64,000 nt of DNA from Selaginella moellendorffii (GCF_000143415.4 NW_003314279.1:434130-498129); one strand, 5' to 3'. Shown: positions 22,968 through 36,747, numbered from the stretch's first letter. Notes: a model not told the origin generated them from the letters alone. Translations and numbers: made by a program.

Positions 22968-24873
22968 TTACACTACGGCCGTTGTACTCTTGGGAACTCG
23001 AATGGTAAGCAAACCGTTCCGGAAAGACGCTCTAGCCTGCTTCATGTCAGCACGCAAGGGAAACCTAAACTTCCTTTGCTGGAAGACGTTGTCGCTGGTC
23101 TTAATGATGAGTTCCGGCCCTATATTATCCACAATAACTTCCTCTCGCGACATGCCTGCACAGTCGCAAAGCCAAAAGCTATTGAGAAAGCGTGAAAGTT
23201 TTCATACCTGGAATTTCGACACGAAGGATGTGGTGATGCTCATCATCTACCGAAGTTGCCTTTATGGGTTTGTTCTTGGCTACAGCAGAAAAGTAAAACA
23301 GGAAATGAGTAGAGGCAACAAAAAAAAAAGAAAAAAAAAAGAGAGAAAAACACGATACTCTTGTCCAACTTGGTCTCGTCAAGGTCCTCAATTGGTAATG
23401 TCAGAGCTGTCCCTTCGAGCTCACCGTCCCCCTGAGGCTTAACGCTGGCTGAGTCCACAATCACTTCCTCTCGCAACAGGGCTGCACGGTCGCAAAGCCA
23501 AGAACTATTAAGAAAGTGTGAAAGTTTTCAGGGACATACCTGGAACTTCGTGGTGATGCTCGTCATCTACTTTATTCTTGGCTACAGAAGAAAAGAAACA
23601 GGAAATTAGAGGCAAAAAGAACAAAAAAAGATCCATACTCTTGTCTAGCTTGGTCTCGTCAAAGTCCTCAACTGGCAATGCCGGCACTGTCCCTTCGAGT
23701 ACAGCGTCCCCCTTGGGAAGGCGAATGGTGAGAATCTCATCCTGGAGATTAACTATTGCACCGTCGACATTAGCGTAAGGAGGAACGGCAAGCCTCTCGG
23801 GGCGGAACACGTCCTTCTCCGTGGTAACAAGCACACCCGGTCCATCTTTTGCAACATTCACTTGCACTTGATTCAGCGACGTGAGACCTGCGCAAGAAAA
23901 AAAAGAGATGACAACGTCTCCATCCAAATGACTTACCAGGTACTTGCACATCGACAGTATAGAACTGCTGGTTCTCAAACGATGACCACAATAGCTTCCG
24001 CTCGTCATATCCTGCAAGACACAGAAAAAAGAATACAAAACTCCAGGCAGGATCAACCATACCTTTATCAATGCTCTTGAGGCAGTTTAACAGCAGCTGG
24101 TAAGCGTGTTTCTTCTCAAAGTTGTAGAGAGCGACGAGTCCCCCGTGACGAGGGAACTGCGGCAGGCCCCCGGCATCAGCCACCTTCTGCGCCAACTCGA
24201 GGCTCCTGGCACACCTCGTCAAGTACTCCCTCCAGAAGATCTTTCTTGGAACAACCGGTGTAGCATATGATTCAGAGTGCTCCTGGATCAGAACGGAGAG
24301 GTTCGTGGACTGCAGACCAAAGAACTTGGGATAACACTCAGCGCCAAACAGACGCGCCTGCTCCTGCAGCTCGTGCACGTTTGGCTCCCCAGAGAAGACT
24401 TCCTTCTCGGCTCGGCAGGCAACAGTCCGGCAAAAGTCATGCACGAGGCGAGTTTCTTCCTTTGTGCGTTGATGGATGGGGGGCTCTCCATGCAAGCGGC
24501 ACCTTGCATCCTCCGAGGCATTTTTCACAAGCTTGATCATGTGTGTATATGGGATGGGGTAGTCGCCTATGTCGTCAAGCCCGAGTGGTTTTTCAGCGGG
24601 TGGGGGGAATTCGCCGCTCACAATTTCGGTGTACTTGAGCATGTGGTCCAGGAGATGGCCCTCGAAGCAGACGGTGGTACTATCACAGTCGCCCACCGCC
24701 TTAAAGACTTGGCCGAGGACACGGTTGTTTAGGCGGAGCATCACCATCCACAGAAACTCTCCAAACTCTCTGTAGGCATCCTCCGTCAGTGGTTTGCTCA
24801 CCTGAGAGAGCGTCTTTGCGCTTGCCGTGCGGATGCCGCTCCTACTACTCGCGCTTATCAACCGCCTGAACAT
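22968..24873 (-). CDS. Putative mitochondrial-targeted protein with an unknown N-terminal domain and C-terminal HSP20/alpha-crystallin-like domains (multi-exon, internal partial duplication)
   Basis: Arg/Ser-rich N-terminus MFRRLISASSRSGIRTASAK. ACD-like motifs FYTVDVQVPG, ANVDGAIVNLQDEILTIRLPK, ILRVEIPGMK and ADMKQARASFRNGLLTIRVPK. Short GT-AG introns; exact 3' exon structure is uncertain. Confidence 0.6.
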
Positions 24874-25262
24874 TCTCTAGGGCCCTAGGGTTTTCTACAA
24901 GAATCGCCGAACATTTTGAGGTCGCAGGATCTGGCCAATGACAGCCGTCGGATGAGGGTTTTGAAATGTTAAGATCGAACAATAGACGGCACTGGGAGCT
25001 GCATTGATCGACAGCAAGTGAGAGCTCTTCTCCTCTCATATCTGGGGATCCGATTGGCAGAGGAGGATAATGTGGACATTCCTCTAGATCGCCTCGTGCT
25101 CAGTGTTTTTTGGAAAAAGTTTGTGTCCCTCTGGAAACTCAGGGTTCTCAGAGCTGGATGCTTTCCTTCTTGTGCATGGCAGCACAAACCTCTAAATATA
25201 CCGCTTAATTCTTCTCTTAAGGCCTTGCCTACAAAACGAGCACGAATGGCGGAAAACTTTCT

Positions 25263-27136
25263 TCACTCCTGCGAACTTTGGTTTTGATTTTGCTGCTGCT
25301 GTTGCTGCGAAGAATTTTGATTCCGCTGGGCCTGACTCGCTGGGATTCCCAGGTTTTGGATCGCCGACTGGAGCGTCTCAGCGAAATCGAACGTAGCAGT
25401 GGCCCCTGACGCAAAGTTCTCGGCTGGAAATCCTCGGACCATGTTTGCAACTTCTGGAACCAAGTTCTCCAGTCCGGCACCGCCCTGCTGGATGCCTTGC
25501 ATTACGCACTGTAGCAAGCCCGAGAGACCGTCCGGTTGGAACTCGGGAGGATTTGTCCTGGCCTCACTGCTGCCGTCTCTCCGGGCCTCTCTTTCGTGAT
25601 CTTGTGGATGTTGTTCTTGTGTCTGTTCTTCGGCCGTGGCGCCACTGGCCGCCTGTGCGTCCGAGTTTCTTGCTGGCGACGAGTTTTCGCTATCACTTGT
25701 CTCGAATTGTGCAGTCACATTTACAACACATGCACCGGGCTGAAGAAGAAAAAATACGATTTGTTAGGCCACGATTAACAAGAACAGAGGTTCTCTCCCT
25801 TACCTCTTGATATTGGCTGCTTCCACGAAGCGCTTCAACAAGCTTTTGTCTCGCACTCTGAGATCAAATAATTTACACGAGATCGACCATCGTAGCAACG
25901 TACCTGAAGGTTATCACTTGCAGACGTGTTTGAGGGATCCACTTCTAAAGCTGGAGGAAACGAAAACAAGTTAGCACGATATGTAATCGGTTCTGTCGAG
26001 CTACCTTTAGTGAACCACTCAACTGCGTCAAGGTATCGTCCTTGAGAGTAATGGACAAGACCCAAGCGACTGTAAGCCTTGCTATATCGAGGATTTATCT
26101 CTATGGCCTTGTGGCAATCCGTAATAGCAGCGCCATGGTTTCCAGCTTGCGTGTGAGCAGCTGCTCTATAAAAACGAATAGAAAGGCTATACAAAAGTTG
26201 ATCACGACTTGATACCTGTTCGCAAAATATATCGCATTGTTGCTGGATAGTGAAATCGCTAGAGTATACAGTTCAATAGCCTCAACATAACGATGACTGG
26301 CCATTGATCCGTTGCCTGTATCATGAGCAAAACTCGGTTGTTCGGTCACACGTAAGTTATTTCTTTACCTTGAGCTTTGAAAGCTTCAGCAAGCAGCTCA
26401 GACTCATCCTTACCCTTGTATGCCTGCAAAGAAACAAACAAGAACTTTCGAATTATCACCTCACACAGAAAAAGTAAAAGCATAGATACATTTATAGACT
26501 TTGAGATGGAAAGAAAAGCAACAAGAACCGCGGCAAACCTTGACAATAAATATTAGAGGTGCATGCCTTTAAAGTCTCTTGGAATGTAGATTCAGCTTGA
26601 GGTACACGGTTCTCGCTGGTGCCAGAGGAAAAAAATCCGGCACTCTCAAGACCTTCGACAAATTGCCGGTACACATTTTGAGAATCAAGCTCTGCATTAT
26701 AGTAGAAAAGAAAAAAAAGAGATAAATGAAGATCGAAAGTTTGCACTCACCAGGAGTACTCGATTTCTTCAAGTCCGATTTCTGCCAAAGAGAGAGACTT
26801 TCAGCAACAAAAATGGAAAAAAGAAACTAGTAGCTTACTTCATGAGAGTGTGTCGACTGCGTAATAACGTCAACAAGCGAGACCTTCGATAATTTCTCAC
26901 TGCCGCTGCGCAGGTCGAAAATCTCCGTCAAGCACTGCGCAGCAACCTCCAGCCCTTCGGAATCCACGCCATCGACAACTTCCACTGCAAGAGCCAAGAA
27001 TTTCGAACAGATCGATCGATCGCGCTTGATCACAGCTCCCTCGCCGCTCACCTGAGCGCAAGAAATCGAGGAAGGATGCCACAATCCGCCTGGCTGCGAC
27101 CGAATCACTCCGGAGACGCACCTGATCCTCCGCCAT
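25263..27136 (-). CDS. SGT: Small glutamine-rich TPR co-chaperone (SGT/SGTA-like), multi-exon
   Basis: N-terminal dimerisation motif RRIVASFLDFL..SEGLEVAAQCLTEIF; three TPRs (AEAFKAQGN..YVEAIELYTLAI..IYFANRAAA..AITDCHKAIEINPRYSKAYSRLG); Gln-rich C-terminus. Confidence 0.85.
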
Positions 27137-27313
27137 AACCCACAAACCTAAACGACAATGAGCGGGATCGACGGCGAGGATACTGCCAGGTGGGCGCCAT
27201 CGCACCGTCGGAATCGTAGTGCCAAAGGTTTAGGGTCCGGACACTTTGTTATCGAATGGATCATTGTGGAGGAATTTCCCTGGGAAAATGTGCGTCGCAT
27301 TAATCCCTAATCC

Positions 27314-30300
27314 ATGGCTTCCAGCAAGAGGAGGAGCAGCCATCGCGATCGCGCATTGGAAGAGGCGACGGGTACGCTCATCGCTCTCGACTTCCGGCCG
27401 CTCACATCGGAGGAGATTGTAAGTTTGATGGATTGATGGATCGATTAGTCGTAGCAGAACAGCCTTCACTGCATAGGACCCGATCGACGAGCTGGAAATA
27501 TTTCTTCCGGTCGCTAACGGCGACCGCGGTCGCTTTCGTTTCTTGATGTGTGTGCGCAGATCCGTGCCTCCGTGTACGAGGTCAAGACGGTCCGAGCCTT
27601 GCAAAACAATCGATTCGGGCTTCCAAACTTGAGCGATTGCTGTACTTCTTGCGGTGCCAAGCGAACGGATGCGTCCAATAGCGCTTGCCCCGGTAAGAAC
27701 TCCACGGACAAAATCTCAGGGGAGTGAATGTGGATTGTTGTTTGAAACTTTTGCAGGCCATTCTGGTCACATTGAGCTGCCGGTGCTTGTTTATCACTGG
27801 GATCGCATCTCCGCTCTGGAAGCGATTTTAAATCGGGTTTGCCTCCATTGCTACAGCTTCAAGCACAAGGGCCGCAAAAAGGTCGCAAGAGAAAGCTCTT
27901 TTTTTTCTTATGCTTGTAAAGTGCCACTGATGGTTTTGCAGGAGCTTAGGACGTTAAGCAGCTTAGAGCAAGTGGCTTCTGGTGTTGATGCGCATCAAGC
28001 AGACATTGGAGCGGTCCCAAATGGCGCTCGGGTACGTTTTGTTTTTGTCTTGTTTTCTTACGAGGTCGCTTTCGATGCTGTTGCAGGCTCCTGAGGCCGA
28101 GGAAAATCCTGGAAAATGCACCGTATGCAGTGTGCGTGCTTTAGTGTTTTCTAATGCTCTTACTTTGTGAGTCACTCATGTTGCTTTGCCAGGGGCCAGC
28201 AGCGGCCGTGAAGAAAATTTTCAAGAAAGTGGGAACTGCTAATGTCCCAGCCCTCTTGCTGGAAATAGACGGCAAAGTTCGCCGCGAGGACATACCTCCG
28301 GGCTTTCAAAGTCTGATACTGAAAGACGAGATGACACCACAATGGAGGTCGAAGATGCTCGACCCGAATCAGGTAATCATTTACAAAAAATCAGCTTCAA
28401 CGTAGCTAATGACTGATTGATAGGTCCTAAGAATTTTGAAATGCCTACCGCAAGAGACCATTGACAAACTTCGAGATGAAAAGTTACCTTCGATACCAGC
28501 AGAAGATTATTTTATAAAATCCTTGCCCGTGCCTCCAAACTGGATGCGCTACAGTACGAATGAGTTCTATTTCCAGGTAACTCTTCTTATGAATTTAAAA
28601 TGACTGATTCTGATATTTCCGTGCAGGACAAGACAACAAAAAACCTGAAGCACCTGCTTACGAAAATCAAGTCCATTGTGTACACCCGTGATGAGGACAA
28701 AATATCTCTATTAACTGAACAAAAAGTCATGGAGATTCAAGCTGCTGCAACACAGTGCATTCGTGCAAATCCAGTAAGCTTCTCTTTTCTCCCAAGCTAA
28801 TCTTACCTTTTCTGCATGAATTAGCTGTACGGCAACGTTTCAGACGAGGATCCCCGGTATGGCAACGTGTCAGATGAAAGCAAGCCTTTGTCCGGGTTGC
28901 ATTTTCTTCGAAGTCTAACAGGCAAATACTGTGGGTCTTCTGCTCGAGCCGTGGTGATTGGTGATCCTGCTCTTAAGCTCGAGGAAATTGGAATTTCTGC
29001 TAGAATTGCCGCTGGTTTGGTTGTTCTGGAGACGGTCACAAGTTCCAACATAATCTTTCTGCAAAGCTACGCTTACAACAATCCCGGCCTTAAAGTAGTC
29101 AGAGGTGGTGAAGTATGCACAGCTAGAAGCTGCAAAAAGTTACAGGTAGGAGACGTTATACACAGGAGCTTGAAAGACGGGGATCAAGTTTTTGTTAACA
29201 GGCCACCGACGTTTCACAAGCATGCTTTGATAGGCCTCAAGTCGAAAGTCATCCGCAACAATGTTTTTGCTGTGAACCCGCTCATCTGTCCTCCTCTGTT
29301 TGCCGACTTCGATGGAGATACGTTGGCTTTATACTTGCCACAATCACTCCAAGTGAGAGCGGAGGTCGCAGAGTTGGTGGCACTTCCAAAACAATTGGTT
29401 TCGTCTCAAGGTGGGCAATCTATTATCGGGCTGACACAGGATGCACTTCTAGGGGCACACCTTATGACACGCAAGAATGTCTTTTTAGATAAACTTGACA
29501 TGGACCAGCTGCGGATGTGGTGTCCCTCAGCAGAAGTTCCTGTTCCGGCAATTGTTAAATCACCGAGAAAGAGTCCATTGTGGACCGGCCAACAACTCTT
29601 TCAGATGACATTGCCAACGACTTTCGATTGGGAAAGCGACGATGGCGGGCTCATTATTCGACAGGGTGAGATTTTGAGAACGTCTGATAAGTCTTCGGCA
29701 TGGCTTGGCAAGGATGGCCTGATGACTACCATTTGCAGAAGATATGGCCCCGATAGAGCTTTGGAGCACCTAGATATAGCTCAGGGAATTGCCGTGGACT
29801 GGATATCGGAAAGAGGATTCAGTGTTGGTTTATGTGACTTCTACATGGCTGCTGACGCGGTATCTAGAAGGAAGCTCGAGGAAGAAACTTTGTGTGCCGT
29901 GGAGGAAGCAAAGATCTCGTCTTTGGCACATCAGATTGTCTCCGACCCGCGCTTTCAAGTTAACAGTGTCAGCAGACCACGGTGCAACAGCTGGAACGAG
30001 CGCGTGCAGCCAGTTACGTCCGTTAACGAAGCGACACAGCAAGCTGCGATCTCTGCTTTCCAGTCCACCATGAAAGCTTTTGAGAGGACTATAGAGGAGC
30101 ATGTCCGCGAGAACAGCAGGGAGAATTCGCTGCTCAGGATGGTCGAAGCAAACAGCAAGGGTTCTTTTTCGAAAATGATGCAACAAGGGGGTTGCCTGGG
30201 GCTGCAGCTACGTCAAGGCGAGTTTGTATACCACCGTGTCAAGTCACTATTCCCTCGAGCTGTTGAGAACGAGTCAAGGGGCTACCTCACTTCTTCCGAG

Positions 30301-32990
30301 CTATGGAAATCAATGGGCCTGGTGGAAAGCTCCTTTCTTGACGGCCTGGACCCGCGCGAGTTTTTCATCCATTCTCTTTCTTCGAGGAAAGGAAATGATG
30401 GCAGCCAGCAGCGGTGCGCGTCGTTCTTCAGATTTCTTATGAGCTATATGAAGGACATTCGCGTCGAGTATGACAACACTATCAGGTCCACGCACGGGGG
30501 TCATATTTTTCAGTTTTCTTATGGAGCTACTGCTGAACCAGGAGAACCAGTGGGACTTTTAGCTGGGACTGCGGTCATAGAACCTGTTTACGATCAGGTG
30601 ATGAGTTCGTCACCACAGGCTTCTACGATGCTGAAAACACTGCAGGTTAGCTTCTGTTGCTTTTCTCCTTGGTGTGTGCGTGACTTCTATTTTCCAAACT
30701 TTCCAGAACATACTGTTCTCAAATTCGTTCAAAGACATCGATCGGTGTGTCACTCTTAAACTTCAGAAGCTTCCGGTTCAACCGGAGTGGATAGCATTGC
30801 AAGTGCAAGATTTTCTAAAGCCGGTCACTATTGGGATGCTGGCTTCCAAGATTTGGATTGAGTAAGCTAGCTTCTGTAAATTATTGTTCTTACTGTCACG
30901 CTTTTGCAGATACAGTCCCTGCAGCGAAGTTGGCGGGCAGAAGAAAAGAGTGCCATGGATTGGGTGCTTCCAGTTGCGAGCGGTTAATTTCCTCATATCT
31001 ATTATTCTTTTCCTTAACAATGTGTTACATTTTCAGGAAGCAATGGAAAGGTGCAGTTTGAACATTGACACAATTGTGTGTCACCTTCGCAAGCTGCTCC
31101 CAACTAGCTTAGATGATCCGGATGCTTTTATTCAAGGGCTACATTTCTTTTCGAGGTAAGGATTTTCTTACGAGATATAGTTTACTTATAGATAAGTTTA
31201 GGGATGTTGAAGTGTTATGCTTCTTCCCAATCACTTCTTCTGTGAGCAACTATGATAGCAAGCAGATACACAAGCACATGATAGGAACAATGTTTGGAAA
31301 TTTGCTTCAAGTTGTCGTGAAAGGTAGATTAGTGTTATAACGTCTTCTAAGTTGAGATGGTATTGGTTTCAGGATGTCCACGAGGAATAGAGTTTGTAAA
31401 TGTAAAATGGGAAGACGAGCTATGCATCGAAGTTGCTTTCTTGTCAAGAACCCGAGGCGTTCCATGGACTCATGCATTAGAGGCGTGCGGTTCGATTTCA
31501 CATTTGGTGGACTGGCAAAAGTCTACCCCACTCAGCATACAAGAAGTGCACGTCGCTTTTGGAATTGAGGCAGCATACCAGTACTTATTGGAGGTAATGA
31601 GCTCAAAAGTTTGGATATAGCATTGATTATTTTGGCTTTGTGCAGAAACTAAAAGAATTTACGAAAGGTTGTGAGCGGATTATAAACATAGAGCATCTGA
31701 TACTCATAGCAGATGTCGCTTGCCATTCAGGTTCTGTGAATGGTTTTATAGCTGGTGTGCTAAGAAAACCGTGGAAGAATATCGATGCTAATGAAAGCGG
31801 ATATGAGGCATTTGTAAAGAATTTGTCCGGCTGTTCACCCTTGGCTTTTGCAATGGGAAAAGTAAGTAGTTCTCCTGAAAAGAATTTTTTATGTCTTGTT
31901 ATCAAAACCTTTCTTGATCTAGTCCCCAGGAGGTGTGTTTGAAGCTGCTGCGATGAATCGAGAGGTGGATTATTTGGCTGGTGCAAATGAATTGGCATTT
32001 TGTGGCAAGAGTCCCAGTCTTGGAACAGGAGCCAACATTGAGCTTTTCTTCAAAGAGGTGACTGGCATTGACAAAATCTCAATATTAACATGCATTTACA
32101 GGATAAGGGACCTGTTTCACGGTTTCCAGACTTCGAATCACTAGTTTTTTCGAGAAGAGTTGTTGACGACACTGTGTCGGCCACGCTCAGCGCAAAGGAC
32201 AGAGAAATTGTCTGGGCAAGGATAGATCAACGCTCTCAAAAGCTGCATGACATATTAAGAAAAAGGTGTGTGGTTGTGTTTTGGACTAAGGAGACGATGA
32301 CTAGAATGCATGTGCTTTTAGTTTGACAGGAACTCCGGTTTCAGCAGCAAATGAAGCTGTAATCTTAGATACTTTGAAGTATCACCCAATGATGGACAGT
32401 AAAGTGGGGTGTGGTGTCAGGCATATAAGAGTAAGTTCCCGAAGTTTCCTTTTTATTTATTGGTTTTCTTGCCAGGTTGATAATCATCACAGCTTTGGCG
32501 GTCGATGCTTTCATATTGTTCGACTGGATGGAAGTGTAGAGGACTTTTCTTATCACAAGTGCCTGCTAGAAAGAATCAAGGGCAATACGGTCTTGGTTCA
32601 AAGGTACAAGAAGAAGTTTATGGGAGGAAAGAATGGACGCAAGGAGGAGGTTCCAGTCGAGATTTTCTCACAGAAAAACGACACAGGTCTCAAGTCTTTT
32701 TTACAACCAAAAGTGAATGAAGAGGAGGGGTTTATGGATGTTATTGGCAAGCTCTGTTCTTTAAAAATATCTTGAAGGTAGAATGTATGACAAGAAAACC
32801 CATGGGTTTTTACTGGTAAGTCTTGCAGGAAGTCCTGCCTTTCGTCTGTGTTTTATACTTTCAGTGGAGAGACTAAGCTCCACTTAACACCACCTTTATA
32901 TTTTGATTCTAACTTTATTACATTTTAGTCCTACATTGCTTCCAGGTTGAGAATCATTTCGTCCCAGTAAAAACACTCAAAAAAACTTGA
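27314..32990 (+). CDS. NRPD1: RNA polymerase IV/V largest subunit, NRPD1-like (multi-exon) with C-terminal DeCL domain
   Basis: Zn-binding CTSCG..CPGHSGHIELP; VFVNRPPTFHKHAL; metal-A site PLFADFDGD; QDALLGAHL; EPGEPVGLLA; C-terminal DeCL motif LKYHP..KVGCGV..RCFHIVRLDGSVEDFSYHKCL. No WG/GW-rich CTD is seen, which favours NRPD1 over NRPE1. Confidence 0.8.
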
Positions 32991-33899
32991 GAAATTTGTG
33001 AAAAGAGAAAAGTACAACCACAATTGATCACTTAGCAAATGTAATCAATAGAAAGTATTTTTAGTCTCTTTCTTACAAAAGTGTGTGATAATGGGACAAT
33101 TACACTTTATCTAGCACTTTAGAACCCCCATCTTGCCAATTCTAGGGTGGGTTGTGGTTGGCCAATAGAAATATAATGGCCCCAAGCTATCCCCTCCTCT
33201 CTAAGCAGACTTCATCATCTTCTCTTGTGTGGGATTCCTCTTGAGAAGCATAAGAAGCTCAACTTGATCAGTTGGTCTTCCGGCTAATAAATGAATTGGG
33301 TAGCCTTGGATTTGATTGGCCTCCTTTGCTGTAGCCACTTCTACACTTCTTCTTGTCAAAGCGGGCCACTTGGCAGATTTAGGATACTCTGGACACATGG
33401 GCAAATGTGGTGAGTTTAATTGTTCGACACACCTGGGTGGGATATGCTTTACATGCAACAAGCACCTACTGGTTAGAGATGACGCCATGGCATGCAAGAG
33501 TGGAAGAGGTAGTTTCTTGGGTGTGTGTGCTTGGTGTTGGCACTTTTGATACATCAACTGGGAGCTACATTTGTGAGCAGCAAAGCTGAGGAAGGAAGGC
33601 CAGACTTCAATAGCAGAGCAGTAGCTCGTGTATGTGTAGCTATAAACTATAGCAGGAACAGGCAAAAAAAGCCCTCAAAGATTTTCTTAAGAGGGAGAAA
33701 AGAGAAAAAGAAAAAAAAGATAAAGTAGATGAATTCATTCATTATACAAACTCTAGTTCAAAGGTAATACCATCAAAATCAGTTGAAGAGATAGAGAGAC
33801 TTATCAAAGGGTGGGGACTTTTCTAAAGCTTGCCATCATCTTTATAGCAACAACAACCACCATTACAGTCATGACCAATGGCATAACAAGCTTCAGCAA

Positions 33900-36038
33900 C
33901 AACAAGTCAGATGAAGTACCCCAGTTATATAACAGTTAATGACTCGGATAAGCATGTGATGATTTTTGAGAATATGAGTATAACAAAAAATGAGCAAACT
34001 TTGCGCCAAAGATTTTTCTTAGCAATGTTGAAAGATGTTGCTGTTGAGTAGTATGCTGTAGAAGTGGCATGAGCAGCTTTTGCAAACTGGGATGCCTTGA
34101 AGAAAGCATTTTTAAATGCTTTCAAACCTATAAGATTTCATTAAAGAGTAAGTGACGAGTTCAACACAATCACCTTACAGCCAGGAGAAACTATACAAAC
34201 GTGCATAATGAGGTTCTAAAGGTTGTTATCAAAGAAGGATCTAACTCCTATAATAGACGATAAGTGAGATATTTTTGGCAAAGCTTAAGAATGCTTCTTT
34301 TATGTGTGGTGTCATGAACTGGCGAATTTGAATGTAACTGTAACTTTGGCTTCACATTTTGAGCAAACAAGGCTACTAACTTGGCAAAGACAACGTCAAA
34401 CATCTATTGTTGGTGGAGGAGCTATACAGTTAGTGGGATTAGATTATTTATACTTGAGAGTAGTACCTAGACCTATGAATCTAGTAGCAACAGCTCAAAC
34501 TTTGATTCTAGCAATAATAGTATCCAGCCTCAAGTTGTATTTAGTAGAAGTGTTGACAAAGAAGATGGGAGATATGCAACTTAACTAAATACAAGGTGCT
34601 CAAAATCAGCCATAACTAGTGAAAAAACATCAAAATGTTTGGTGTGTGAAGTGTAAGAATTATAGTCACTATCCCAATAAGTATCATGTGCAACAAAGAA
34701 GACCAGCTTGCTAGTACTATAGATGACACACTCATGCATCAGAAAATTATTTTTATCAACTAAGAAGGCAAGTAGTGGTAACACCTTCTTTCCAACAGCA
34801 ATAGTTTTATATGCAGCATGTACCACCATTTGTAGGCTTCTAACAGACACAAGTATCTATGGTCCTAAGTTATCACTTTTAGATGCAAGCTCCTGTTCAA
34901 TATTGGCCACAAAATCCTTATGATCAAAGAGATATGTTGCAACAATATGCCATGCAGCAATCAAGCATTCCAGTATATGCTATGACAATTATGCCGCAGC
35001 AGTAGTTTCAAGGGATGGGCATTGGATGAGATCAAGGATGTGGAAGAGGGCCACAATGCTATCGTTGCAAAGAATTTGGCTATATCAAGCAAATTGCCCG
35101 AATGTGAAGAAACCAAAAAATTATTAGCTGATGTGTAGAATTTGTGATACTCAAGGTTTTCATCCTCAAGAGCAGTATCCTCACAAGCTACAGCAAGACT
35201 GTGACAAACAAGTGGTGGACTTGCAAGCTGTATTTGTTCAATCTATGGACTTGGATAGGATTTTCTACAAGCTGCCCATTTGGATAGTTCAGACTCAGAG
35301 CTAGGTGCATGACTAGGACAAAGATATTTACACAGATCCAGATGATGAAATTGATCCTGAAAGAATTGCAAATGCCAAGTTGCGAGAGAAAAACAAAAGG
35401 AAGAATTCAAAGTTAGCTCTTCTCAATGATTTGAAGGGATTGGAAGTAGTAGAAACTCTATTATATCCAACCATGGTTCTTCAAAAGGTGGGCATTTCTT
35501 CCCTTGAGCAGGTGGGCAAGGCATTTGAGCTATAGGGTGAAGCCATTAAAGTTTGATAAAAGGCAAAATGCTAATACAAGTGCTAAATTTGGAAGTTGCT
35601 CCTTACAACATTCTCAAGGACCTTGATAATCAAAACCCAACAATCATCTTTGTGTAACTCCTTCAGTTAGCTCCTAGGCTTAGAAAAGTGGCAATAAGAG
35701 CTCGTAAAAACGTTGTAGTTAATTCAGCTTGGCTAATGACCACAGATATGTTAGCTTTAGTGATAGATTTGGACTTGGCTAGGCAGCAGATCAAGAATTG
35801 TGCACTAGATGGAGGTAGTGGGGTGAATATTATTCTTGACAAGATGGCGTATCAACTCAACTTAGGAGTGCTAGTTCCAGTTCCTTTTCATGTTCATATA
35901 GTAGATCAGAGGAGAGTCAAGCCACTAGATGTGCTCATAGGAATTTAGGTGGTGAGAGCAGACATTTGGTTTGTGTGGATTTTGTGGTTCTCTAGATAAG
36001 TATGAGCAAGTTAATTTACCCACTTCTTCTAAGTTGAC
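33900..36038 (+). mobile_element. Degenerate Ty3/gypsy-type gag-protease relic
   Basis: Gag-like WDALKKAFLNAF and LQPGETI near 34090-34195; zinc-knuckle-like CYRCKEFG..NCP at ~35057-35100; aspartic protease motif CALDGGSGVNII at ~35800. Many stops and frameshifts. Confidence 0.7.
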
Positions 36039-36747
36039 TATAGTGCATGTGATCATGGGATGAGATTTAGATATATTGTCACCGTGGATCCTTGGAACTT
36101 TGGGGGATAAATGGGGATAAAATAGCCACTAAGGGCTGTCTCATCAAACAATTGCCCCTTTTCCAATTGGTTTAAGGGGAGCGAGATAACGTGTGTTACA
36201 TGTGGTATTGGAGCAAATGGCACGGGTTCGATTAGTGGCTATTTAAAAATATAATATACCCTTGAACAAGGTATATTCCTACCCCTAAATTTGAAATCGT
36301 ACGTATTAAACATCCATGCATACATCCTTCCTCTTGTGTGGAGTATCCATGGACAAAGGTATCCACCGTGGAATTGTGGTATGGGTGGATGATTAGTTGC
36401 CTCACATGGAATAGCTGGTCTATACAATGGAAGGATTGTGTGGAGTATCCACGGACGAAGATATCCACCGTAGAACTGTGGTACAAGTGGATGATTAGTT
36501 GCCTCACATGGAATAGTTGGTCTACACAATGGAAGGATAAAAAGGTTCCCCTTGGCTCAATAAAGGTTGTTAGTCAATAGCAAATGAAGACATTGACATC
36601 TTTGAAGGGGGGGTGAGTGTAGTGCATGTGATCATGGGATAAAATTTGGATATATTGTCACTATGGATCCTTGGAACTTTGGGGGATAAATGGGGATAAA
36701 ATAGCCACTAATGGCTCTCTCATTAAGCAATTGCCTCTTTTCCAATT
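36039..36747 (+). mobile_element. TRIM (miniature LTR retrotransposon): ~162-bp LTR, PBS, ~420-bp internal region, PPT, truncated 3' LTR
   Basis: LTR 36039-36200 ends ..TGTTACA; PBS TGGTATTGGAGC at 36203-36214; internal ~100-bp tandem duplication; PPT GAAGGGGGGGTGAG; second LTR starts TGTAGTGCATG at 36618. Confidence 0.85.

Noticed and set aside
27314-32990. Functional link between NRPD1 and the nearby transposons
   Set aside because: Proximity only; nothing in the sequence ties them together and TE-gene interspersion is ordinary.
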